A stretch of DNA of 64,000 nucleotides from contig JBNRMN010000020.1 of NCBI GenBank assembly GCA_050309605.1, positions 32,001-96,000 of the forward strand, read 5' to 3'. Origin of the DNA: Anaerohalosphaeraceae bacterium (GTDB taxonomy: Bacteria > Planctomycetota > Phycisphaerae > Sedimentisphaerales > Anaerohalosphaeraceae). Position 1 is the stretch's first letter, and every line of letters starts with the position of its first letter. This document shows, piece by piece, positions 30,716-41,600 of this stretch. Made by a program: the position numbers and the translations under genes. The notes under the pieces are model-generated. The model made no database searches, was not told the origin of the DNA, and was given only the letters and a program-made list of their open reading frames with translations.

Positions 30716-31840
30716 TCAGATCTCGTCCGAGGCAGCCTCAGCGTTCTGATCCGCCGCCGTCTGTTCCCCGGCAGGTTCAGGCGCCGGCTTGTCTTCCAGC
30801 AACTCGTCCAGCGGCTTGGTCAGATCGTCGGCCTTCCACGACGACAGGGCATAAATCCAGCCCTTATGGCGCTGGGCAAATTCCTTGGCCGCGTCCATCG
30901 CCAGCAGTTTGGCTTCTTTTTTCTTCAGCTCATCCGGCGAATCTTCCCTGCTGATCTGAACCGGCGCTGTATCCATAAATTCCGCCGTAACCGTTGCGTA
31001 TGTCGTGTCCTCGTGTTCGGCCAGCAGTAAGGTATAAACGGTCGAGTCCGCCAGTCGGCAGACATAACTTCGATCAAATACCAAATCGTCCGGCGCATTT
31101 CCAGCGGCAATCACATCTTCGAACCGAAGCGAGCCAAGCGCTCTGAACACCGTCCGATAGGCCGTGCCCTTGAACTGCTTGTCTTCGGGCATTCCTTCAA
31201 GCACAATCGTCTGCTCATCGTCCGCCATTTTGAGCACGTATTCACCTTCCGGGCCGCGAACGGTGACCTGCCGAATTGTCTCGCTGTCGGCCTCAATCAG
31301 TGCAGTATTCACATAAGCAGTCGCGCCCGTCGATAGCCACGGCGGATTCTGAATAAAATAGGTATCGTCGCCGGCGGTCAGCCGGGCAAACGCGCCGTCA
31401 CGGTCGGGAGACGTTTCCGAAACCATAATGCCGGTGATTTCATCTCCGTCCGCATTGAAAAAACGCACAACATAACGCGCCGTCTGTTCGGTCACTCCCA
31501 GTTCGGCGTGATTGTCCGGATTGGAAGTGATACGCTCGGCGGCGCGAATGTCCAGGCAATCGCTCAGCAGCCGATTCACGGCGCTGATAGTGGCCGGATA
31601 GCCGTCCTTTTCGGCCACGGTAAATCGCCCGTTGGTTCGGGTCAGCGTCACGGTGTTAGCGCCCTGCTCGGAGGTAAGGGTTATCCGGGCAATGGCCTCC
31701 GGAGCAAGCCCCTGAATCAGCGGCGCCCGCAGGGCCGTCCGGTGTGCTCCGGTGCGATGGACAAGCCGATTCTGCAACACCGCCCATCCGGCCAATATCA
31801 CGGCCGCTGCCGCCAATATCGCAAGCTTCCTGTCTGTCAT
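30716..31840 (-). CDS. DUF4340-like periplasmic protein
   Basis: N-terminal transmembrane helix and a duplicated beta-rich unit with GYPA..; last gene of the GldA/F/G-like operon. Confidence 0.7.
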   Translation of the reverse strand: MTDRKLAILAAAAVILAGWAVLQNRLVHRTGAHRTALRAPLIQGLAPEAIARITLTSEQGANTVTLTRTNGRFTVAEKDGYPATISAVNRLLSDCLDIRAAERITSNPDNHAELGVTEQTARYVVRFFNADGDEITGIMVSETSPDRDGAFARLTAGDDTYFIQNPPWLSTGATAYVNTALIEADSETIRQVTVRGPEGEYVLKMADDEQTIVLEGMPEDKQFKGTAYRTVFRALGSLRFEDVIAAGNAPDDLVFDRSYVCRLADSTVYTLLLAEHEDTTYATVTAEFMDTAPVQISREDSPDELKKKEAKLLAMDAAKEFAQRHKGWIYALSSWKADDLTKPLDELLEDKPAPEPAGEQTAADQNAEAASDEI

Positions 31841-31866
31841 CTTACATCTCCACGTCGTTGTCTCGG

Positions 31867-33840
31867 TTATGCGTCGCTGGCATGGCTGATATAATACCGC
31901 CGGCGAATGCTGCGATGCACGCCGATGCCGATGGCGATCAGCAGCGTCAGGATCGGTCCGGGCAGCGTACAGAAATTGCGCATACGGACTTTGAGATTTT
32001 CGATCTGCTGACGCTCCTGCATCTTGACATCGCGCAGGCGTTTCTCAGCTTCCAGCAGTTTCAGTTCGATTTCGCGTTTTTCTTCCAGAATGGCCTGGTT
32101 GATCAATTCGCCTCGATTCTCACCTTCAAGCGATTGTATCCGCTCATTCAACTGCCGTTCAAACTCCCGAATCTGAGCGCGAATGCGTTCTTCTTCTTCG
32201 GCGGTATTGTCCCGAGCACGCGACTCAATCTCATCGACGCGCGTAAAGGGGCGTTTGAAGTTACCGCGTGAACGGATGGAAATCAGATGAGCGGACCCGG
32301 CCAAATCCTCGAGCGCATTGAGCACCACGGCGCTGTTGTCACCAACGGTTGATAATCCGAATATCGTACGCTGATAGGCCGCGACGTCGCTGATAAAATC
32401 CACATCCGCCACGACGATCACCGCCCCCGGTTCCTGAGCCTCCGTCAGGCCGGTAATTCGCCGTATCGTCGGCCCGGCGGCATCCGGGTCCTCGTCATCC
32501 TCGTCATCCAATTCCGCCTCAACCTCAATCCCTTCGGGAAACGCACTTGTGAAATGCCCGGTTACCAGATACGCCATAACCACCGGCTCCGAGCCATCCC
32601 TGAACCGCCGCAAAAATTCAGCATAGTCCGGCGCCAGCAGCTCATACGGCGTATTGACGCGCCAACTGTTGCCTCGGTCGGTGGTCCTCATCAAGGGGGT
32701 GTACTCCAGATCAGCGGCGGTTTCTGACTCCGTACGGACTTTCAAAACGCCGGGAAACATCATCGTCACTTCGTTCAAGTTGGCGCTGATGACGTGATCC
32801 GGGTTAAAGCATCCCCTGGTGCGGTCCAGCTTGAGAATACCGAGTACTTTTTCGGGTCGGCGGTTCGGCGCCGTGCTTCCCTCAACCGCCAGCTCGCGGT
32901 CGCCGGCAAAGGTATAATCGGGCATCTCCAGTCCCCACGCCGCCAGCAGTTCGGGCACGTTGGAGGCGGTGGATCGCTCCGTTCCTTCCAGACGACTCAT
33001 CGGGTCGGGCATATCGATCACACAATGCGGATCGACCAGCACAATCGCACGTCCGCCGCCCAGCACAAACTGATCAATTGCAAAGCGCGTTCGTTCGCCG
33101 ATGTCTTTGGGGTGAATGACCAGAAGCAAATCGACATCATCAATGCGATCCGTATCGGTCGGAACAGAGACAATCTCGTATTTTTGTTCGAGTTGACTGA
33201 TGACGCCCCATTTTTGCTTGGGCTGCTGACCCTGCATCCGCATCATCTGTGCCATATAGCCCGTATCACCCATCACCGGCAGGGCGCTGAGCACGCCGAG
33301 CCGTTTTTTCTGCCGCGTCACCGCAGTATCAATCAAATAACTGATGTCGTACTCCACAAACTGCTGCCGATCCGGCGAAAAGAACTCGATGGTGCGCGTC
33401 GCGCCGAATTCGGTCTGCACCACCAGACCAAAAAAGAAGCTCTCTTCCTCGGTAATTTGAAATCGGCGCAGGCCGTGGCGAATCGCCTGCATTTCTTCAT
33501 CACTGTAAGGCCGCGGATCAATGACTTCCAGTTTGAGTTTGCCGTCCGAATGGGCGACATATTCTTCCAGCAGGGCCTTGACGAATTCATAATAATTGTT
33601 GTAGAAGCGGATTTGATCCGGCGCTTTCATGGCCGCGGTCTTGGTGTAAAACAGCCGGACGGTAATCGGCTGCCGCAGCCCGGCCAGAATCGCTTTTGTT
33701 CCGTCCGAAAGCGTATAAATCCGCTGGTCGGTAATGTCCAGCCGCCATGACCGTCCGATGCTCCGGGTGATGGAAACGGCCGAGACGGCAATCACTGCAA
33801 TAAAAAAGATCGCCAGCCAGGTACGCAACGTTCGGTTCAT
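31867..33840 (-). CDS. GldG-like ABC transporter auxiliary protein
   Basis: RLDIT..RIYTLS.GT, EYDIS, LLVIHPK, AIDQFVL.GG, VADVD, LISIRSRG...RPFT and a C-terminal transmembrane helix. Confidence 0.85.
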   Translation of the reverse strand: MNRTLRTWLAIFFIAVIAVSAVSITRSIGRSWRLDITDQRIYTLSDGTKAILAGLRQPITVRLFYTKTAAMKAPDQIRFYNNYYEFVKALLEEYVAHSDGKLKLEVIDPRPYSDEEMQAIRHGLRRFQITEEESFFFGLVVQTEFGATRTIEFFSPDRQQFVEYDISYLIDTAVTRQKKRLGVLSALPVMGDTGYMAQMMRMQGQQPKQKWGVISQLEQKYEIVSVPTDTDRIDDVDLLLVIHPKDIGERTRFAIDQFVLGGGRAIVLVDPHCVIDMPDPMSRLEGTERSTASNVPELLAAWGLEMPDYTFAGDRELAVEGSTAPNRRPEKVLGILKLDRTRGCFNPDHVISANLNEVTMMFPGVLKVRTESETAADLEYTPLMRTTDRGNSWRVNTPYELLAPDYAEFLRRFRDGSEPVVMAYLVTGHFTSAFPEGIEVEAELDDEDDEDPDAAGPTIRRITGLTEAQEPGAVIVVADVDFISDVAAYQRTIFGLSTVGDNSAVVLNALEDLAGSAHLISIRSRGNFKRPFTRVDEIESRARDNTAEEEERIRAQIREFERQLNERIQSLEGENRGELINQAILEEKREIELKLLEAEKRLRDVKMQERQQIENLKVRMRNFCTLPGPILTLLIAIGIGVHRSIRRRYYISHASDA

Positions 33841-34571
33841 CAGTTTGCCTTCCTTTCCTCAAGGATCAATATACAGGCGCTGACCCACGCCGAAATCACT
33901 ATGATAAAATACGCCATATCCTTAAACTCGACCACGCCGCGTGAAATAGACTCAAAATGCGTCTGCAAACTCAGACTTTCAACAACATTGACCATCGCCG
34001 GCGAGATCGTCAACGCCAGATAATCCAGTGTCGTCGGATTGCCCGCAAAGACAAAAATCGCACAGGCCACTACGGATAAAATAAAGCTGATGACCTGATT
34101 TTTGGTCAACGCCGAAAAAAACATCCCGATGGCCAAAAAACCGCCGGCCAGCAGCAGCGCTCCGATATAGCCGGTGACAATCTGACCAACGTCCGGCTGT
34201 CCCAGATAGACCACCGTCATCGGCAGCGGAAACGTCAGCAGCAGCGCAATGGCCAGAAAGCACCACGCCGCAAAGAACTTGCCCAGCACCGCCTGACAGA
34301 CGGTAATCGGCAGCGTCAGCAGCAGTTCAATCGAGCCGGTCTTGCGCTCCTCGGCCCACAGCCGCATCGCCGTGGAGGGCACCATAAACACAAACAGCAG
34401 CGGCAGTGCGTTGAAAAACAATCGCAAATCCGCCTGCCGCATCTCAAAAAATCCGTCGCGAAACGGAAGATAACCGGAAAAGAACAAAAAGATCACGAGG
34501 AATACATACGCCACCGGCGTGGTAAAGTACCCTTTCAGTTCACGTTTGAATACTGCCCAAAAGCCGCTCAT
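33840..34571 (-). CDS. GldF-like ABC-2 permease
   Basis: FKREL.GYF.TPVAYVF, MRLWAEERKTGSIELLLTLP and LTKNQVISF. Confidence 0.88.
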   Translation of the reverse strand: MSGFWAVFKRELKGYFTTPVAYVFLVIFLFFSGYLPFRDGFFEMRQADLRLFFNALPLLFVFMVPSTAMRLWAEERKTGSIELLLTLPITVCQAVLGKFFAAWCFLAIALLLTFPLPMTVVYLGQPDVGQIVTGYIGALLLAGGFLAIGMFFSALTKNQVISFILSVVACAIFVFAGNPTTLDYLALTISPAMVNVVESLSLQTHFESISRGVVEFKDMAYFIIVISAWVSACILILEERKAN

Positions 34572-34592
34572 TCGTTGGACTCCTTATCCTGC

Positions 34593-35327
34593 TTACGCGG
34601 ATTTTTTGGTTGTTGTGATTTTACGAAAGACCTCGGTCAGGCTGCATTGGTATTTTTCGGTTAGTTCTTTCGGGGTTGAATCGGCCAGGATACGGCCGCG
34701 GGCAACGATAATCGCCCGATTGCAGACCTGCTCGACCTCTTCGAGAATATGCGTCGAAATGATGATGCACTTGTCTTTTGCCATGGCGCTGATCAATCGG
34801 CGGACTTCGTGCTTTTGGTTGGGATCCAGACCGTCGGTCGGCTCATCCAGAATCAGCACCGGCGGATCGTGAATCAGCGCCTGGGCCAGACCGACGCGCC
34901 GACGGTACCCCTTCGACAGCGTGTCAATCGTTTGATGATACACCGATTCGATGGCACAAAGCGACACGACCCGATCCAGCGCACTGCGCCGGTCGGAGCG
35001 GACAATGCGTCGCGCATCGCAGACAAAATGGAGAAAACCCGCCACGGTCATTTCATTGTAAGCCGGGGCGTTCTCGGCCAGATAACCCAACGACTGCCGG
35101 ACGCCGATGGGGTCCGATAAAATATCGTGGCCGCAAATGCTTGCCGTTCCATCGTCCGGCCTGAGAAAACAGGCCAGCATCTTCATCGCCGTGCTTTTGC
35201 CCGCGCCATTGGGACCTAAAAAACCCACCACCTCGCCTTTTGCGGCGCTGAAAGAAATCCCGTCCACGGCAATGATCGGGCCGAAACTGCGTCGTAACTG
35301 CTGCACCTCAATCATGGTCGTCTCCAA
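34593..35327 (-). CDS. GldA-like ABC ATP-binding protein
   Basis: GPNGAGKST, LSKGYRRRVGLAQA, LDEPTDGLDPNQ and STHILEEV. Confidence 0.92.
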   Translation of the reverse strand: METTMIEVQQLRRSFGPIIAVDGISFSAAKGEVVGFLGPNGAGKSTAMKMLACFLRPDDGTASICGHDILSDPIGVRQSLGYLAENAPAYNEMTVAGFLHFVCDARRIVRSDRRSALDRVVSLCAIESVYHQTIDTLSKGYRRRVGLAQALIHDPPVLILDEPTDGLDPNQKHEVRRLISAMAKDKCIIISTHILEEVEQVCNRAIIVARGRILADSTPKELTEKYQCSLTEVFRKITTTKKSA

Positions 35328-35558
35328 AATGATTTAATTGTATGCGACACGGGCTTGACGTCTCCTCGACAGGCCAGGACGGCCCATGCCACAAAAGCAA
35401 ATTGTTATGCCGTTGAATTATGGCGCTAAGCCAATAAAAACGCTGAAAAGTGTACGTTTTTACGGCCTGAACGCTGCATTTGTTCATCTGTTTTAATGAC
35501 TTTTTCCCCGGTGTCAAGCCCCCCGGCACAAAAAAACGTCGAAATCCCCCCCGTCTTC

Positions 35559-35593
35559 AAAAAAGGCCGCCGTCCTGTGCAGGACGACGGCCT
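35559..35593 (-). terminator. Intrinsic terminator of the giant protease gene
   Basis: Minus strand AGGCCGTCGTCCTG-CA-CAGGACGGCGGCC followed by TTTTTT. Confidence 0.75.
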
Positions 35594-35625
35594 CGAACAA
35601 TCACACCGTCTGATACACCAGCCCA

Positions 35626-38600
35626 TTAGGGCAGTGTGTTCGTAACCCGCTTCCTGGGTGAGGGCGTACCGAGATTCTGTGCCGGCGAGCGGTCGCGGTA
35701 CTGCACCGTCCACCAGTAGAACAGATTGCTGGTGGTCACCGGCTGCCAGTATTGATGCGGCAGACCCGCCTGCGGCGTCCCGTCCGGGAACGGCGGCAGA
35801 TTCGCTACATTGTCCACATTGCGCCAGCCGCTGTCATAGACCACCGTACCGCTGGTTTCCGACTGATAGGCCCGGAACCGATACTCCACGCCGCTGTCAT
35901 CCTCGGCCTCGACCGCCACCATCACCTGGTAGAAGTTGCCGGTGACGCTTTGCTGGAACGGCGAGAGTTCCGTAAATGCAGCCGGATCCGGCGTCGGTGG
36001 AGTCACGTCCACTTCAGCCAAAACAACCGCCGCAGGCTCTGACCAATCGCCGGCCGTGATTTCGGCGCCCGTATCCAGGTTCACCAGCACCATTCGAACC
36101 TGATACGTATAGATAAGCCCCAGCGTCGTCGGACTCAGGTTTTGCCGTGTCTGCATCCGGTTCAGCGATTCAAATCCGGAGACTGTCGGCGTCGGCGTCG
36201 TGCTGATCGTCTCAGCGAACTGATAGCGTATCGCAAACCCGGACGGCAGTGAAGCAACGCCTGGGAACGAACTGTACGCCCTGGCAGTCATCGAAATCGC
36301 CAACGGCCCGGAAACCAACGGCAGCACCTCGAACTCGGCCTGCGGGATTTCCGTGTTGGACCCCGGCGTGACGATGCCGCGATCCATCGCCGGATTGACA
36401 ACAGAAAATGCGGTTTCATTTCCGCTGCCGTCGCGGGCGCGCGTCCTGAACGCATAGGTAAAGCCCGGAGTCAAGCCGGCTACCTGGTAGAACGGATCGG
36501 ACTGCCACCCGCTGCTGAACTGCGGGAAATCCACACACTCAAATTCAAACTCAAGGTACTCATCCGGCCACCAGTTGTCATGGGTCTCGGCAATCATCAT
36601 ATTGACCGTATCAAATGTTCCCGGTACGGCATTCGGCTCGATGACCCACAGCGACGGATTCGGCCGCGGCGCTTCTTTATCTTCTTCCAGCCAACAGGTC
36701 GTGAAACTAAGCAAATCCTCGATATCAACTCGACGATCAAAGTTCAGATCACCACCGCTGCACCAGTCGTTGCCTTCGCCGCAGGGGTCGTACTGCTCAT
36801 GGTACAACCAGGCTGAAGCAAACTCTGCAAAATCGGCCAGATCAATTCGCCCGCTTAAGACCAGATCGGCAAAGCTGCACGGAGCTTTGGATATAATGCG
36901 GTAATGATAGCCCATATCCACCTCGCCGCGATCACGCGCGCCAAAGATATTGGTCGTAAACTCGTTGAGTCCCCAGTACGCGGCGGTTTCATAACCGGCG
37001 TCAATAGCGGGACTTCCAATATCCAGATAGTATCGACGATAGACGTCCTGCGGCTCAATATCCAGCGGCTCAGTAAACAGCGGATTATGAATTGCAGGAT
37101 CGGCGCCGAGCATACCATCGCCAACGGTATAGATGCTGTCGCCGGCAACGGATATCGCCGCGGCACTGCCGAAGGCCTGGACATTCGACCAGGAAATAGT
37201 CAGCGTCGAGGGACGCGGATCCTGTTCGAAGCCGGCCCCCACCCGAATCTGATCGCCGCGGCCCTGCTCAGCCTTATTGCCCCAGAAGATACTGTTGATC
37301 ACATCCACAGCGGCGCCGTGTCCGGTATAAAGACCGCCGCCGCGAAGCGTAAAGCCCAGCGCGCCATGGTCTTTGTTGTCGGCAAAAGTACAATTACCGA
37401 AAGAGGCAACACTTTCCCAGTTGACCGACGCCCCGGCGCCGTCGCGTCCGGCCAGATTTTCTGCAAACAGGCAGTTAAACAGGTTGGCCGGTTCATCGAG
37501 GATGCCGCCAATATACACGCCGCCGCCCGAGACAACCGCCAAATTTCGGAAGAACGCCGAATGGCTGACGTCCAGCACGCCGCCGGCCGCAAACAAGCCG
37601 CCGCCCTGACCGAGCATCGAATCGGATGCAATCGGCGTCGGCGGAACGTCCTGATCATCATCATCGTCATCGTCGTCGTCATCCGGAGGGGTAATCTCAA
37701 TCGTCGGCGTCTTGGCCTTGTTGTTATGCAACAGCGTGTGGGTCAGTGACGCTGAGCCATAATCGAAATACAACCCGCCGCCGAGATAGGCTTCGTTATC
37801 AAAGGCGTTGCAGTCGGCAATCTCAATCAGTGAATCGCGGCCATAGACCGCACCGCCGACCGCAGCCCGGTTGCCTTCGAGAATCGTATTCTTGAAGACG
37901 ACTTCACAGTCGAACTCATAGGCTACCGCACCGCCGAAACTGACTTCCAAAGCCAGCGGAAGGTCCACAACACTCGTATCGGCCAGATTGTCCACGAAGA
38001 TACAGTCATCAAAGATCAGCTTTGACTCATAGGCTGCATAGACCGCACCGCCGGCATTGGGCAGATTCAGCTGCCGGTCCGGAGTGGGTAAATCGCCGTT
38101 TCCGGATCGACCGCCTATGCCGGACAAACCGCCCTGCGTCTGGTTGCCTTCAAATGTGCATCCGACAAAGGTCGCCTCGGACAGATAACCGACATAGACC
38201 GCACCGCCGAACGCGCTGTATTTCCAATAATCTTCATAGCCGTCAATCTTCGGATCCGTCGTGCCGGCCTGTTGGAACTGGGTCGAGGCGAAGAACTCCT
38301 GCCAACTGTTCCACTGATCCCAGCCAAACCATTTGGACCAAACAGACCAGTCATAACTGCCAAAGAACGCTCCGTAAAAGGCGTATTTATCGCCCAGTTC
38401 CCAGCCGTCCCACCACCACCAGTAGTTTTCCCGATCATTTTCGATAGAGTCGGGGAACAGGAAAGCGCCGCCGCGTCCGCCCCTATAAGAGGTGTTGGCA
38501 ACGACAATACCGTCACCCCCATTTCCGGCGACGCCGCCAATGGCCTGGTTACCGGTGAAGGTGCAGTTTTCAAAGACGGGCTTACTGCTGAAAGCGACAT

Positions 38601-41600
38601 AGACAGCACCGCCGTAGGCGCGACCCGGCCAGCCGCCGTCGCCGCCTTCCGGGTGGGCGTTACAACCGCCGGCCCCGTTTTGTCCGTCGCCGCCGGTAAT
38701 CACGTTGTCTTCGAATTGGCAATTGACAAAATAGGGAGAAGACTCAATAACGACAACCGCTGAGCCTGAGACGTTACCGCCGTTTGCCCCATCCATCGCA
38801 TCGGGACACCCCAGCTGTCTATCGCCGGACCAGCCCGATATGAGGTTTTCACTGAAGATGACATTCCGCAAAACGGGATTTCCATTATAGATTGTCACGG
38901 CTCCAAATCCGCCCCCAAACCCGGCTTGACCGATATTTGAACCGTGTCGGTTTGTAATGGTAATCCCTTCAATAACGGTTTTTTCGGTAACATTGAACAG
39001 ATTAAATGCGTATTGACTGAAGACGGTGTTGCGCACCGTGTCTTCATCATCCGGTTTGATGCCCGAAATGCGCAGGTCTTTTCCATCCAGATTGATTTCA
39101 CGCAATGCTCCGATAAACGCTCCTTCACCCGGCGTGCTGACCGGCGCATTATAGACCCCCGGATTAACAATAATTGTATCACCGTCCTGAGCCAGATCAA
39201 TCGCGTCCTGCAGGCTCGGCAAACCGCTCGCAAGACCGACAAAATAAGTCTGGCGCCGGCGGGCATGCACGGTTATGTCTTTGTCGCGGGTCATAATGAC
39301 CTTGTTGGCCATCGCAGCGGACTGATCGTTTACCGTTCCGCCTGACCAGCCGGTAATAACATACTCGGAATAGGGCATGGCCGTCATCTCAACAATCTGG
39401 CCATAATAGTATGTCCCCGGCGAATCCCCTTCCGGCGACAGCGCAACCGTTCCGCGGATGTTGCCCGAATCATCCAAGACAGCCACCGACAGCGAAAATT
39501 GGCGATCCATATCCGCCGGATTATAGTGATACCCCAGATCAACATTTCCTGTATCAAAAATCACCGGAAAAGCGGGGTTGGTTGTGTATTGATTCAATTC
39601 AGCCAAAACCGCCGATATATTGCCGGCATTGACCGCCGGACTGGTCGGATCCAGATAGTACGCTCCCAGCGGGCCTTCGACCAACATCGGATTGGCGCTG
39701 ACAGCGCCGCTGACACCCGCAACGCTGTTAAGCTGAGCTGCGCCGGTGTAGATGATTTCGGTTTGAGCGTCATACAGGTCGCCGCCGGTGTTGCCGTAGA
39801 ACAGGCTCGCTGTTATCGTTGCGTCGCCGGTATGACCGCCGGACGACTGGGCCTGCTCATAAATCCCGATCGGGCTGTTGCCGGCGATGATGGAATTCTC
39901 GGTCTGTGCCTTTGAAGACCAGTCGATGAACAGACCGCCGCCGAGTTTCTCGGCGGTATTGTCGGCAATCGTACAGTTGCTGAACCATGGATTGGCGTAA
40001 GTCATCACCTTCACGCCGCCGCCATTGCCTTCGGTAGTATTTTCAGCAATCAGGCAATTGTGCAGACTGTGCGTAATGAAATCATCCACGCCGCCGTTGA
40101 TGCACAACCCGCCGCCGGACGCACTGGCGCCTTTGGCGGCGTTATTCAGGATTCGCGTATCGGCCATCCAGGTCTTGGTATCGACCAGGTACAGACCGCC
40201 GCCGACGCCTTCATCCAACGGGGTCAGATGATCAGAACCCTCGCCGACCGGAATTGAGAACACAATGCCGCTGCCCAAATCAACGACCATTTCAAACGTA
40301 GGCCGCAGGCCGGTCGCTTCATTGGCCACAAAGAGACCGGAATCCAACTCCAGCTCACTTTCCACCACAAGCATACCGCCGCCGCTGGGCGCCTTGTTGC
40401 CGACAAACTGCGTGTCCTGCATTGTCAAGATGTTATTCTTGGCGTAAATGGCGCCGCCCAGCTCATCCGAACGGTTATACGTAAACTCCGTATCGTACAG
40501 ATTCACCAGCAGCGTATCGGTGTTCGGGTCGGGAATATGATGATACGCAAACAGCGCTCCGCCTCGCAGAATCGCATCGTTGGCGGCAAACGAACTGTTC
40601 CCGATGGTTATATCACTCTTGGTCTGAATCGCGCCGCCGGAGCCTTCGCTCAGATTGCCGATAAATTCACACTCGGTGATAACCGGCGCTTGGGCCGCAT
40701 CAGCCTCCACCGTAATGGCGCCGGCCGGTGGATCGTCTGGCTCGGTCAGACCGGGGATGTAATACTGCTCCAAATTCACGATGCTTTCTATGCCCAATTC
40801 GGGATCATAGGTTGCATTCTTCTCGAAGCGGCTTCGAGCGATCGTCAGAGCGGAACCCGTATCAGCATACACGGCGCCGCCCAGATTGCCCTCAAATTTG
40901 CAATTGTCAATCGCCAGCGTCACGTTCGGATCGGCATAGATCGCACCGCCCCGGGTAAAGTCATACGCTTCGCCTTCAATCGTATCATAGGTCAACACGA
41001 GATTGCTTGCGATTGACATATAAGCGCTGTTGTTCTCAAAAACGGTATTCTTGAGATCCGCCTCTTTGGGAACATCGGGCTGTTCAGGTCTTTTGTAGCC
41101 CTGGCCGTAGAACACCGCCCCGCCGGCCACGGTCCCTTCGCTGGTCAAAAATCCCGCTGCGCCGTTACGCGCCTCGATCGGCCAGTTCTCTTCATGCCAC
41201 GGATCGGGATATTCATTGCCTCCGCGTGCCAAGCCGCCGCTGGAGACATAACCCAGCCGTGCAAAGTTGTTTTTGAACTCATTGTCGGTAACAAGCGGGT
41301 TACAGCCCTGTTCAATATAGATGGCGCCGCCGCGTCCGTCGCCGCGGCCGTTGCCGGCGTCGCCGCCCCAACTGTAACGTCCATTGCCCACAGCAAAACC
41401 GCCGTGGCCGGGGATACCGCCCCAACCGCCGGTGGCCCGGTTATTCTCGAAGACGCAATGCTGAATAACTGGATTGCTGCCCTCAATGACCGCGATGGCG
41501 CCGCCGTAGCCGTTACCGGCGCCGTCGCCGCCGTGACCGCCCGACTGACCGTCAATATCGCCCTCAAGGCCCTGCGTGTTCTGAGGGTAGCCGTCATTGC

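Noticed and set aside
35397..35412. CGGCATAACAATTTGC (minus strand) as a sigma54 promoter for the Gld-like operon
   Set aside because: Spacer is 11 nt; sigma54 spacing is strict.
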